Origin: an uncultured Nitrososphaerota archaeon | GTDB lineage: Archaea; Thermoproteota; EX4484-205; JAAOZP01 | Direction of reading: 5' to 3' | NCBI GenBank assembly: GCA_964416155.1 | Contig: CAYQCW010000017.1 | Span: forward strand, 1 to 29,668 | Length of the DNA stretch: 29,668 bases | Part shown: positions 1-8,262 of the stretch, one piece after another | Position numbering within the stretch: the first letter of the stretch is position 1 | Layout: each line of letters opens with the position of its first letter | The notes under the pieces: generated by a model | Seen by the model: the letters and a program-made list of their open reading frames with translations, nothing else | The model's database searches: none | Told to the model about the DNA's origin: nothing | Position numbers and translations under genes: made by a program

Positions 1-26
1 CATATGAATAACACTTTCCTAACCAT
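1..26 (-). CDS. 5' end of a probable LMW protein-tyrosine phosphatase / ArsC-family gene (runs off the window)
   Basis: Minus strand from ATG at 26 reads MVRKVLFI-TG(x), matching the 'KVLFIC' start of LMW-PTP/ArsC. A TATA-like TTTAAAAC at 56..49 is spaced for a leaderless start. Only 8 codons are visible. Confidence 0.4.
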
Positions 27-74
27 CTTGAGCAACATTGTCCACAGGGTTTTAAAGCATTTCGTAAGGGGGAC

Positions 75-347
75 TCAATACCTTATGGTAAAGCTTTTGA
101 ACTCCCCCTTGTACTCTTCCCACTCCACTCTTACTCCAGTAACCGTGGCTCCAGGCGGCCCCCTCCTGCAGAACTCTATCATTTTTCTCACAAGCGTCTC
201 CTCTGCTTCGAAAACCGCCTCAACTCTTCCGTCTGGAAGATTCCTCACCCATCCTCCGACTCCAAGCTTTTGCGCGAGCCTCCTGGTTTCATGCCTGAAG
301 AAAACTCCTTGAACAAGACCGCTTATATACACGTGGGCCCTAACCAT
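75..347 (-). CDS. acyP: Acylphosphatase
   Basis: Motifs [19 protein letters not shown] and GPPGA. Start moved to ATG 347 (MVRAHV) to remove the overlap with lysK. Confidence 0.93.
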   Translation of the reverse strand: MVRAHVYISGLVQGVFFRHETRRLAQKLGVGGWVRNLPDGRVEAVFEAEETLVRKMIEFCRRGPPGATVTGVRVEWEEYKGEFKSFTIRY

Positions 348-363
348 CAACCCGAATATTCTT

Positions 364-1488
364 TCACCCAAGTTTTTTAAAGTTGTTTTTAACCTGGGCT
401 AGGCTTGAAGCCAAGCTATTGAGAAACCTTCTGTAGGCTTCAACGCCATGCGTGAACTCTTCAACAGTGATGCTTTCAAGGGAGCTGTGCGCCAGAGAGG
501 GGTCTCCGGGTCCCCATGCCAGCTGTGGCCTACCCCATTTAAGACCTGTATAGTTGAAGTCGGATGTCCCGAGCTTCCTTACCAGCAGCACCTCCCTTCC
601 AAGGGTTTTTCCAACCGCCCCCCTGACAGCGTTAATCAAAACCTGATCCTTGACTGAAGCATAGCCGTCTAAATGGTCTAGAAAATCATAATCGACTTTC
701 AGAGTTCCACCCGTGGCCTCCACATACTCGTTCAATACTGCGGAGAACATCCTTGAAAGCTCTTCGAAGCCTATGTGAGGAGGATAGCGGAGGTTCAGGC
801 GTGCCTCGCTGGAGTCCGGTATTCTGGAGTCCCCATATCCGCCTTTAATCATTGTGATGGAGACCCCTATGTTTGAGAAAAGGTCTTTAGAGAAGGTCAT
901 TCTAGTCTTAACGTGTTCAACAAGCCTCATTGTTTGAACTATAGCGTTGAAATCATCCAAGGGGGACGAGGAATGGCCTCCCCGTGTCGAAACCATTATG
1001 CTGACGGTTGCGCTCCCCCTGTACGCTACTGCCGCAGCCCTCATCCCGGTTGGTTCACCTATGATAACGTAGTCTGGGGCTGGAATCTCTTCGAGAAGCC
1101 TCCTAACCCCCTTGCTGTCCGATTCTTCCCCGACGACTGACGAATAGACTAGTCTGAGACTCCTGCTGCTGTAGCTTGACGCGGCTAGCGCCATTGCTGT
1201 TAGAGAAGCTTTAGCGTCAACAGCACCCCTGCCGAATATTCTTCCTGATTCAAGCCTGACTTCAATAAACCCTGGCACTGTGTCCACGTGGGAGCAGAAA
1301 AGCAGCGTCCTGTCCCCATCCCCCTTCTCCCCTAGAACGTTGCCCGCCGGGTCTCTCCGAACGTTTTCAAAGCCGTTTGCAAGCAAGAGGGAGAAGACCT
1401 CCTGCTGAGCCTCTTCCTCCTCCCCGCTGGGCGAATACTTGGAGAGGAGTCTAACCAGCGGCTGCACCGCTTCCAAGCCTAGACTCAT
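364..1488 (-). CDS. lysK: [LysW]-lysine/[LysW]-ornithine hydrolase (M20 peptidase)
   Basis: [23 protein letters not shown] and AHS metal-binding motifs; last gene of the lysYZJK run. Confidence 0.88.
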   Translation of the reverse strand: MSLGLEAVQPLVRLLSKYSPSGEEEEAQQEVFSLLLANGFENVRRDPAGNVLGEKGDGDRTLLFCSHVDTVPGFIEVRLESGRIFGRGAVDAKASLTAMALAASSYSSRSLRLVYSSVVGEESDSKGVRRLLEEIPAPDYVIIGEPTGMRAAAVAYRGSATVSIMVSTRGGHSSSPLDDFNAIVQTMRLVEHVKTRMTFSKDLFSNIGVSITMIKGGYGDSRIPDSSEARLNLRYPPHIGFEELSRMFSAVLNEYVEATGGTLKVDYDFLDHLDGYASVKDQVLINAVRGAVGKTLGREVLLVRKLGTSDFNYTGLKWGRPQLAWGPGDPSLAHSSLESITVEEFTHGVEAYRRFLNSLASSLAQVKNNFKKLG

Positions 1489-2671
1489 AGCTCCTCATCG
1501 TTTCGAGAATAATGCTGCACGCCTCTTCGGCAAGGTTTAACGGTATGTTGAGCGACGGCAGTAGTCTCACTACAGTCGGGCCGGCTGTTAAAACCAGGAC
1601 TCCTTTTTCAGCGAGCAGGTCGACGAGAGGCTTAGACCTGACTTTCAACTCAATGCCTATCATGAGACCCCTTATCCTTATCTCCCTGACGATCCTGAGG
1701 CTTCTCAGGGCTTCAAGCTTCTCGTTGAACATTCTAGACCTTTCCTCAACAGTCTCCTTGGTGACTGTTTCCCTCAGCAGCCTCATGGTTGCGGCGCCAG
1801 CTGCGCACGCTAAAGGGTTGCCGCCGTAGGTTGAAGTGTGGAAGCCGGGTTCGCCGACTGTTGAGGCTTCCTCGCTGAAAAACGCGACTCCAACCGGGGT
1901 TCCCCCGGCTACTCCCTTGGCTAAGAGGGCAATGTCCGGCACAACGTCTTCTTCCTCAAACGCGAAGAACGTTCCCGTCCTCCTCAAGCCGGTTTGAATC
2001 TCATCCAGTATGAGTAGAGCCCCTTTGGCGGAGGCTATTTCTCTTGCTGCCTTCAAGTATCCTTTCGGGGGGATCCTGACGCCGCCTTCTCCTTGAACAG
2101 GCTCAAGGATGACTGCCGCGGTTTCCTCGCCCACCTTGCTTTTCAAATCCTCAGCGTCACCGTATTCTGCGAAGACAAACCTGTCGCCGACAACGTGCTC
2201 CAGGCCCTTCTTGTACTCCGGGTTCCATGTTGCGCTGAGCGCGCCCAGCGTCTTGCCGTGGAAGCCTCTCTTGGCTGCGACAATCCTGCTTCTCCCTGTT
2301 TTCCTGAAGGCTGTTTTAATGGCTAGGTCAACGGCTTCCGCACCGCTGTTCACGAGAAGCATCCTGGGGAAGAAGCGGGATGTGAAGCGAGACGTTTCCT
2401 CGAGGAATTCCGCCCTAGCGTCATTGTAGAATGAGCCGTGGCAGGAAGATATTTTCTTCAACTGGTTCACGATTGCTTCAACAATCACGGGGTTCGAGTG
2501 GCCAAGTATCGCAACACCGTAGGCTGAGGTTAGGTCGATGAACCTCCGTCCCTTCTCGTCGAAAACCTCAGACCCTTTTCCGCTGATTATCGCTATGCGC
2601 CTCTTAACATAGGTTTTAAGCAGAAGCCTGTCTTCAACACCATACATGTCGTTCATGCTCATCATTCTCAT
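1451..2671 (-). CDS. lysJ: [LysW]-aminoadipate/glutamate semialdehyde aminotransferase (class III PLP)
   Basis: NSGAEA, FHGKT, EPVQGEGG, DEIQTG, LAKG (PLP Lys) and STYGGNP; cluster context. The start may be one of the next Met codons. Confidence 0.9.
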   Translation of the reverse strand: MRMMSMNDMYGVEDRLLLKTYVKRRIAIISGKGSEVFDEKGRRFIDLTSAYGVAILGHSNPVIVEAIVNQLKKISSCHGSFYNDARAEFLEETSRFTSRFFPRMLLVNSGAEAVDLAIKTAFRKTGRSRIVAAKRGFHGKTLGALSATWNPEYKKGLEHVVGDRFVFAEYGDAEDLKSKVGEETAAVILEPVQGEGGVRIPPKGYLKAAREIASAKGALLILDEIQTGLRRTGTFFAFEEEDVVPDIALLAKGVAGGTPVGVAFFSEEASTVGEPGFHTSTYGGNPLACAAGAATMRLLRETVTKETVEERSRMFNEKLEALRSLRIVREIRIRGLMIGIELKVRSKPLVDLLAEKGVLVLTAGPTVVRLLPSLNIPLNLAEEACSIILETMRSYESRLGSGAAAG

Positions 2672-3465
2672 TTAACTATGAGTGTCCCGAGCTTTTTCTC
2701 CAAGGCGCTTGAAACAGGCTTCTCAACCAGCCCGGAGGATATTCTTACTGAAGCAGCCCCCTCCTGAAGAGCTTCAACGGCTGACTGCACTTTCCTCATC
2801 ATGCCGTGGCCTATGCTCGGGAGGAGAACCGATGCTTCAGCCATCGTCAGAGACTCGACGAGCCTCCCGTCCACCAGGAGGCCCTCAACGTTCGTAAGGT
2901 ATAGCAGGCTGCTTCCCAGTGCTGAAGCAACTTTAGCCGCGAAGGCGTCGCTGTCAATGTTAAGCGGTTCAAACTCCCTGCCTAAAGCTATGGGTGCGAG
3001 AACCGGTAGAATACCGTTGTCTAAAAGCAGTTTCAACAGGTCTACGTTAACCCTGTCAATCTTCCCTGTGAACCCCCCATCCATCAGTATTCTCCTACCG
3101 TCCTCCCTTTTAACAAGTATCTTTTCCTTCCTAATGGCGCTTGCCAGAGCCCCGTCTACACCGGTTAAGCCGACGGCGTTGACGTTCATCCCGAGGAATT
3201 TCGACACCACGAGCTTGTTGAGCCTCCCCATTGTCATGAGGTAGACTTGCATCGTCTCCCAGTCAGTCACCCTGCTCCTCATCCCGCTTGCTGAAACTAC
3301 GAACCTTGGCTCAATACCCATTCTCCTGCACGTCTCCGTCACCTCTGCTCCTCCCCCGTGGACGAAAACAACCTTCTCCCTCCTCGAGTATTCAGCCACG
3401 TCAGCAACTATCTTATTCAAGGTGCCCTCTTCAAGAAGGGCTCCCCCTGCTTTAACCACTATCAT
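2668..3465 (-). CDS. lysZ: [LysW]-aminoadipate/glutamate kinase
   Basis: IVVKAGG, VHGGG, SRVTD, LNIDSD, TNVEGL and GMMRKV motifs of the amino-acid kinase family; 4-nt overlap with lysJ. Confidence 0.9.
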   Translation of the reverse strand: MIVVKAGGALLEEGTLNKIVADVAEYSRREKVVFVHGGGAEVTETCRRMGIEPRFVVSASGMRSRVTDWETMQVYLMTMGRLNKLVVSKFLGMNVNAVGLTGVDGALASAIRKEKILVKREDGRRILMDGGFTGKIDRVNVDLLKLLLDNGILPVLAPIALGREFEPLNIDSDAFAAKVASALGSSLLYLTNVEGLLVDGRLVESLTMAEASVLLPSIGHGMMRKVQSAVEALQEGAASVRISSGLVEKPVSSALEKKLGTLIVK

Positions 3466-3475
3466 CTTTCAACAC

Positions 3476-4531
3476 TCACGCCGGGTGTAGGCCTGGGAAG
3501 GCTAAGCCCTCCTTCTCGTCATAGTTAAACATTATGTTGAAGCATTGGACAGCGTTTCCAGCAGCCCCTTTAACAAGATTGTCTATGGCTGCGAACAGGA
3601 TTATCCTGTTTGAGTCAACGTCTATCTCGAAACCTATGTCGACGAAGTTTGAGCCCATCAGGTACTTCGGGTCAGGCAGGCCGTGCACCATCGTCGGGTC
3701 TCTGACGAGCCTTATGAAGGGCTCCTTGTCGTAAGCCTGCCTGTAACACCTCCATAGGTCTGGGAGAGACGGGAGCCTTCCGGATGGGCGTGCGTGAACA
3801 GTTACAAGTATTCCCCTCACCATGTTGACAGCATGCGGCGAGAAGCCTACAAGGGTTTCTCCACCGGCGGCGCGTGAAACCTCCTGGATTATCTCGGCGA
3901 CATGCCTGTGTCCAGCTGGCTTATAGGGACGGACAACCCCGTATCTCTCCGGGTGATATCCCTCTAAAGTGGGCGAGGAGCCGGCTCCGGAGGACCCTAT
4001 TTTAGCATCTATGAATATCTGGCTCCTGTCGATCAACCCGTTTTTAACAGGGGGCACGAGCGCCAGTATGCTTGCTGAAGCCATGCAGCCAGGTACTGCT
4101 ACGAGGCTAGCCCTCCTCAGCTCCTCCCGGTGGAGCTCTGGAAGACCGTAGACAGCCTTCCCTAAAAGGTCGGGATAGGGGTGTTTGAAGCCGTACCATT
4201 TCTCGTAGGCAGAGGAGTCTTTAAGCCTGAAGTCTGCACCCAGGTCCACCACTTTCAAACCCCTGTCGAGAAGCGTTTTAACCACATGGGTCGACTGACC
4301 GTGTGGAAGGGCTGTGAAAACAACTTCAGCGTTAGCCATGTTCTCAACCCTGGGCTCCACGAAGCTGATCTGGCAGACTTTCCTCAGATTTGGATGAACC
4401 TTGTGGACAGGCATGCCGCTGAACCTTTTCGAAGTGACCGCAGTGATCTCAACCTTGCTATGGGAAAGAAGTATTCTAAGCAGTTCCCCGCCTACGTAGC
4501 CGCTTGCCCCGTACACCGCTATCTTAACCAA
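3476..4531 (-). CDS. lysY: [LysW]-aminoadipyl/glutamyl-phosphate reductase (ArgC family)
   Basis: GASGYVGGE Rossmann motif, VPGC catalytic Cys, HRHVAEI and IDNLVKGAAG. GGAGGT SD precedes the TTG start. Confidence 0.93.
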   Translation of the reverse strand: MVKIAVYGASGYVGGELLRILLSHSKVEITAVTSKRFSGMPVHKVHPNLRKVCQISFVEPRVENMANAEVVFTALPHGQSTHVVKTLLDRGLKVVDLGADFRLKDSSAYEKWYGFKHPYPDLLGKAVYGLPELHREELRRASLVAVPGCMASASILALVPPVKNGLIDRSQIFIDAKIGSSGAGSSPTLEGYHPERYGVVRPYKPAGHRHVAEIIQEVSRAAGGETLVGFSPHAVNMVRGILVTVHARPSGRLPSLPDLWRCYRQAYDKEPFIRLVRDPTMVHGLPDPKYLMGSNFVDIGFEIDVDSNRIILFAAIDNLVKGAAGNAVQCFNIMFNYDEKEGLAFPGLHPA

Positions 4532-4560
4532 CCCTACCTCCTAATCCTCCAAGCGGGGTG

Positions 4561-4575
4561 TTTAAGAATCTTTTT
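4561..4575 (-). promoter_or_regulatory. BRE/TATA promoter for lysYZJK
   Basis: Minus strand AAAAAGATTCTTAAA about 30 nt upstream of the lysY start. Confidence 0.55.
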
Positions 4576-4766
4576 CCTCTACACTGCGTGGTGGGCCTTG
4601 AGAGACTTTTCCCCCGGCGGGCTTAGGCTTCTCCAGGTTTAACGGGAGCCAGACGCGTGCTAGATTCTTAGCTGAGGGCTTACTATAGTTTTTCCAACCT
4701 TTCCGGATTAAACACGCAGGGCATCCTGAAAGCTTTAATAATGTCCCTCTAAACATTTTTCTCGTA

Positions 4767-5152
4767 ATGCCGCATACATGTGAAGTGAAGCTTTTGAGGG
4801 AGAGAGCAAAATCCTTTTTCACAAGAGCCTTCGAGAGCTTGAATTCAGGCGAGTAGACTTGGCTGCCTTCTTATCAGAGCAGGCGGTGCAGCTCCATCTT
4901 AAATCAATTCTGTTGGAGAAAACAGGTGATTATCCTAGGGCGCACTCGATACTGACTCTTGCCTCGATTCTTAATAGGCTGCTTGATTGCAAAGACCTTG
5001 CAAGATTCCTTGAAGAGAATAAAACTGAAACCCGTTTTTTGGAAGACGCTTACATAGCTTCAAGATACCTAGTAAGAGATCACACTAGGGAAGAGGCTGA
5101 AATCCTTGTAAACATTGCGAAAGAGGTTTTGAAGCATGGAGAGCTATGTTGA
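4767..5152 (+). pseudogene. HEPN-domain protein, frameshifted (1-nt deletion at ~4855)
   Basis: ATG 4767 gives MPHTCEVKLLRERAKSFFTRAFESLNSGE*(TAG 4854-4856). The other frame continues DLAAFLSEQAVQLHLK...PRAHS...LEDAYIASRY. One base restores TAY and the typical G-x-Y-D-L-A-A-F. Confidence 0.8.
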
Positions 5153-5477
5153 CATCCTTATGAAAAGGGTTGAAATGGTTAAAAACTGGAGGGAGTATGC
5201 TGTTAGGATAGCGGAAGCCGTTAGAACCATTCTGCCGGGTTCAAGGATTTATGTTTTTGGAAGCGTGGTAAAAGGCGAATCCACGGGCGGAAGCGATGTT
5301 GACATACTAGTATTTTCAGAAAGCCTTCCGAGAAATAATTTAGAAAGAGCAAAAATAAAAGTAAAAATAGAGGAGCTTTCAAATCTTCCACCATACCATC
5401 CGTTCGAGATTCATCTGGTAAACAAGGAAGAAGGAGAATGGTACTTTAGGAGAATTAAAGAACTAGTAGAGTATTAA
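5136..5477 (+). CDS. Minimal nucleotidyltransferase (MNT), partner of HEPN
   Basis: YVFGSVVKGESTGGSDVDILV (GS-x10-DxD) plus FEIHLV; overlaps the HEPN stop. Confidence 0.88.
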   Translation: MESYVDILMKRVEMVKNWREYAVRIAEAVRTILPGSRIYVFGSVVKGESTGGSDVDILVFSESLPRNNLERAKIKVKIEELSNLPPYHPFEIHLVNKEEGEWYFRRIKELVEY

Positions 5478-5511
5478 AGCCGATTAAAAGGAGTCTGTTT
5501 TTCAGGATGCT

Positions 5512-5823
5512 TCACATCCCTACGACATCAGCATCATTAATTTTTAATTCCTCAGGGCTTCCCCGCAACTCGTAACCAGCAACTCCTTCGGCAATACCCC
5601 TCTTGATAATTTCATCATCTAAGGAGTTGGTGAAATCCTTTAAGACCTCAAAGCTAAGGTCATAAATCGCCCTTATAATCGCCTTGTTCGCCACTTTAGA
5701 TTTGAGCTCTAATCTAGCCATATGCCTCTTTAGGGCAACCGCTGAGCAATCGCGATAGAACTCCTTGGCAAAGTAGAGGCAGTTTTTACAGTCAAACCCG
5801 TGCGGTGCCTTTCTTTTCATCAT
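5512..5823 (-). CDS. Hypothetical protein with CxxC (DCKNC)
   Basis: 103-aa ORF filling the gap between MNT and lysX; no family recognised. Confidence 0.4.
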   Translation of the reverse strand: MMKRKAPHGFDCKNCLYFAKEFYRDCSAVALKRHMARLELKSKVANKAIIRAIYDLSFEVLKDFTNSLDDEIIKRGIAEGVAGYELRGSPEELKINDADVVGM

Positions 5824-5927
5824 CTTCCTTCTGAAATACTGCTTGCCTTAAAAAATGAACTGTAATTCTGCAACATGAGCAACTGAAGCAGCGTGAAAAC
5901 GATTCTAATGCTAATTCTCTAACACTC

Positions 5928-6782
5928 TTACCTTCTCGTTTTAGACGCGAGGTACCTGAGAATCCTCTCAGGAATGTTTACGCCGGTTGCCTCCATGCTT
6001 CCCCTGAACTCAGGCGTCGGATTGACCTCGTTAACCACGTAGCCCTCCCTAGGGTTTTCCATCACGTCTATGCCTACTATTTCTCCCCCGACTGCCTCGG
6101 CCGCTTTAAGAACTATTTCCGCGAGCTCGCCGGCGACCTCTGCCTTCTCGCTCTTCCCGCCTATGGCTATGTTTGTCTTCCACTGGTCCGGTGGGGAAAC
6201 CCTGTATATTGCGGAAACAACCTCGTCCCCTATTACGGTAGCCCTAATATCTCTACCGGGCTTCTCAACATACTCTTGGATGTAGAACACTTGGTAGAGT
6301 GGAAACATGTATAAACGGTCTTCAAGCACTGCTTCAGCAGTATACCTGTCCTTTATGAGGGAGATTAGTCTTCCCCAGCTTCCTATGACGGGTTTCAACA
6401 CCGCCGGGTACCCCGTCTTGCTGAAAGAATCTAGGGCAGACTGGTAGGAGAAGGAGACTACTGTAAAAGGGGTTTTCACGTTGCTCCTCATGAGCTCAAC
6501 CGTTGTAAAGAGCTTGTTGCCGGCTATCTGCAGTGTTTTGAAGGAGCTTACCGATAGTATTCCAACTCCCTCAAGATAGCTCGAGAGGTGGAGCGACTTG
6601 AAGTAGGATACGCATCTCAGGAGGGCTGTGTCAACATCTTGGAGCTCAGGCTCCCTCCTGCCGAGTGTGAACGAAAAATCGTCGACGTTCAGCCTTTTGA
6701 AAGGTATTGAAAGGTTTTCAGCGGCTTTAAAAAGCTCTTTCTCCTCAAACCTTATCTGGTCATAAAAAATGCTTAAAGGCAA
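5928..6782 (-). CDS. lysX: Amino acid--LysW ligase, LysX/ArgX family (RimK-like ATP-grasp)
   Basis: KPVIGSWGRL, FYIQEYVEKPGRDIR, WKTNIAIGG and NEVNPTPEF; directly downstream of lysW. Confidence 0.92.
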   Translation of the reverse strand: MPLSIFYDQIRFEEKELFKAAENLSIPFKRLNVDDFSFTLGRREPELQDVDTALLRCVSYFKSLHLSSYLEGVGILSVSSFKTLQIAGNKLFTTVELMRSNVKTPFTVVSFSYQSALDSFSKTGYPAVLKPVIGSWGRLISLIKDRYTAEAVLEDRLYMFPLYQVFYIQEYVEKPGRDIRATVIGDEVVSAIYRVSPPDQWKTNIAIGGKSEKAEVAGELAEIVLKAAEAVGGEIVGIDVMENPREGYVVNEVNPTPEFRGSMEATGVNIPERILRYLASKTRR

Positions 6783-6791
6783 TTTCTACGC

Positions 6792-6965
6792 CTACTCGCC
6801 CCAGTCTTCGCCCGAGAGCTGGATCTTCCTCGTCTTAACCGTGTCGCCGCTTATCTCTATTATCTCAAGGTCTGATCCGCACTCCGGGCATGTCACCACT
6901 TCGCCCACTATCGCGTCCTCAGAAACCTCGAACACCGCTAAGCATTCCTCGCATTCCGTCTTCAT
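6792..6965 (-). CDS. lysW: Amino-group carrier protein LysW
   Basis: CEEC...CPECG zinc ribbon, acidic composition and C-terminal EDWGE. ATG 6965 is supported by TATA TTTATAAG at 7001..6994. Confidence 0.97.
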   Translation of the reverse strand: MKTECEECLAVFEVSEDAIVGEVVTCPECGSDLEIIEISGDTVKTRKIQLSGEDWGE

Positions 6966-6993
6966 GGAGTGTTGAAAATTCCCCATGTTCCTG

Positions 6994-7010
6994 CTTATAA
7001 ATTTAGCTTT
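6994..7010 (-). promoter_or_regulatory. Internal BRE/TATA promoter for lysW-lysX overlapping the argG stop
   Basis: Minus strand AAAGCTAAATTTATAAG, with the TATA ~29-36 nt upstream of ATG 6965. Confidence 0.55.
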
Positions 7011-8202
7011 TACTGTGGCGCACCTCGTTCGCCCTCACGGTTGAAAGACCCCAGAGCTGTATGAAACCGTTCGCCAAAGTCTGGTCGAACCTTGAAAGGG
7101 ACGAGTAGGTCGCTCTCTTCTCATCGTAGAGTGATTTTGCTGAGCGTCTTCCAACAATCGTCGCCTCCCCTTTAAACAGCCTAACCCTAACCTCGCCGTC
7201 AACATTCTCCTGCGTGAAGTCTATGAATGCTTCAATAGCCATCCTTAAAGGTTCGAACCACAGGCCTGAGTAGACGAGCCACGCCCATGTTGCTTCAAGC
7301 CTCCTCTTCTCCTCCAGCTCAAGCCTTGTTAACACGAGTTTCTCGAGATCCTGGTGTGCCCTTATTATGGTTAACGCTGCAGGAGCCTCGTAGACTTCTC
7401 TGGACTTTATTCCGACCACACGGTCCTCCATATGGTCTATCCTGCCGAAGCCGTGTGACCCAGCTACCCTGTTAACCCGGAGTATTAATTCAACAGGGTC
7501 AAGCCTCTCCCCGTTCAGTCTTGCGGGAACACCCTTGTTGAACTCCAGCGTTAAGTACTCTGGCTCACCCGGAGCCTCAGACACTGGCCTGCTCCAGACG
7601 AATGCCTCTTCAGGAGGCTCAACCCACGGGTCCTCAAGCTCACCGCCCTCAATAGACCTGCTCCAAAGATTGTCGTCTATGCTGAACCTGCTTTTCCCAC
7701 GGTCCATCTTAACACTCTTCTTCTCCAAGTATTCAAGCTCCCCGTCTCTGCTTAACCCCCACTCTCTGACCGGCGCGAGGATTCTAAGCCCAGGGTTCAG
7801 CGACCTTATTGATACTTCAAACCTAACCTGGTCATTGCCCTTCCCAGTGCAACCGTGGGCCACTGTTGAAGCACCCTTCTCCTCAGCGACCTCGACAATC
7901 TTTGAGGCTATCAGGGGTCTTGAAAGAGAGGTGCCCATCGGGTAAACACCCTCGTATAGGCCGTTAGCCTTTATGGCTCTGAAAACATATTTTTCAACGA
8001 ACTCTCTTCTAGCGTCTATTTTAACAACCTCTGCTGCGCCAAGCCTCTCAGCCCTTTCAACAGCGGCCTCAAAATCCTCTTTCTGGCCGACGTCGACGAT
8101 GACGGCGATAACATCCATGCCGTATTTCTCCCCTATCCAAGGTATCATAGCCGATGTGTCAAGCCCTCCTGAATACGCTAGCACGCATACTTCTTTCAAC
8201 AC
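7003..8202 (-). CDS. argG: Argininosuccinate synthase
   Basis: LAYSGGLDTS, AHGCTGKGNDQVRFE and GIKSREVYEAP. Confidence 0.97.
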   Translation of the reverse strand: MLKEVCVLAYSGGLDTSAMIPWIGEKYGMDVIAVIVDVGQKEDFEAAVERAERLGAAEVVKIDARREFVEKYVFRAIKANGLYEGVYPMGTSLSRPLIASKIVEVAEEKGASTVAHGCTGKGNDQVRFEVSIRSLNPGLRILAPVREWGLSRDGELEYLEKKSVKMDRGKSRFSIDDNLWSRSIEGGELEDPWVEPPEEAFVWSRPVSEAPGEPEYLTLEFNKGVPARLNGERLDPVELILRVNRVAGSHGFGRIDHMEDRVVGIKSREVYEAPAALTIIRAHQDLEKLVLTRLELEEKRRLEATWAWLVYSGLWFEPLRMAIEAFIDFTQENVDGEVRVRLFKGEATIVGRRSAKSLYDEKRATYSSLSRFDQTLANGFIQLWGLSTVRANEVRHSKS

Positions 8203-8262
8203 GAACCACTGTTTTCCAACTGCAAAAAAATCTTTTTAAGAGTTTCCCTACGCGTAGAAGCT

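Noticed and set aside
4562-4822. 86-aa minus-strand ORF
   Set aside because: Overlaps the HEPN 5' segment and two promoter elements; no recognisable motif.
4854-4856. TAG in HEPN as pyrrolysine or stop readthrough
   Set aside because: The downstream HEPN sequence is in a different frame, so readthrough would not restore it.
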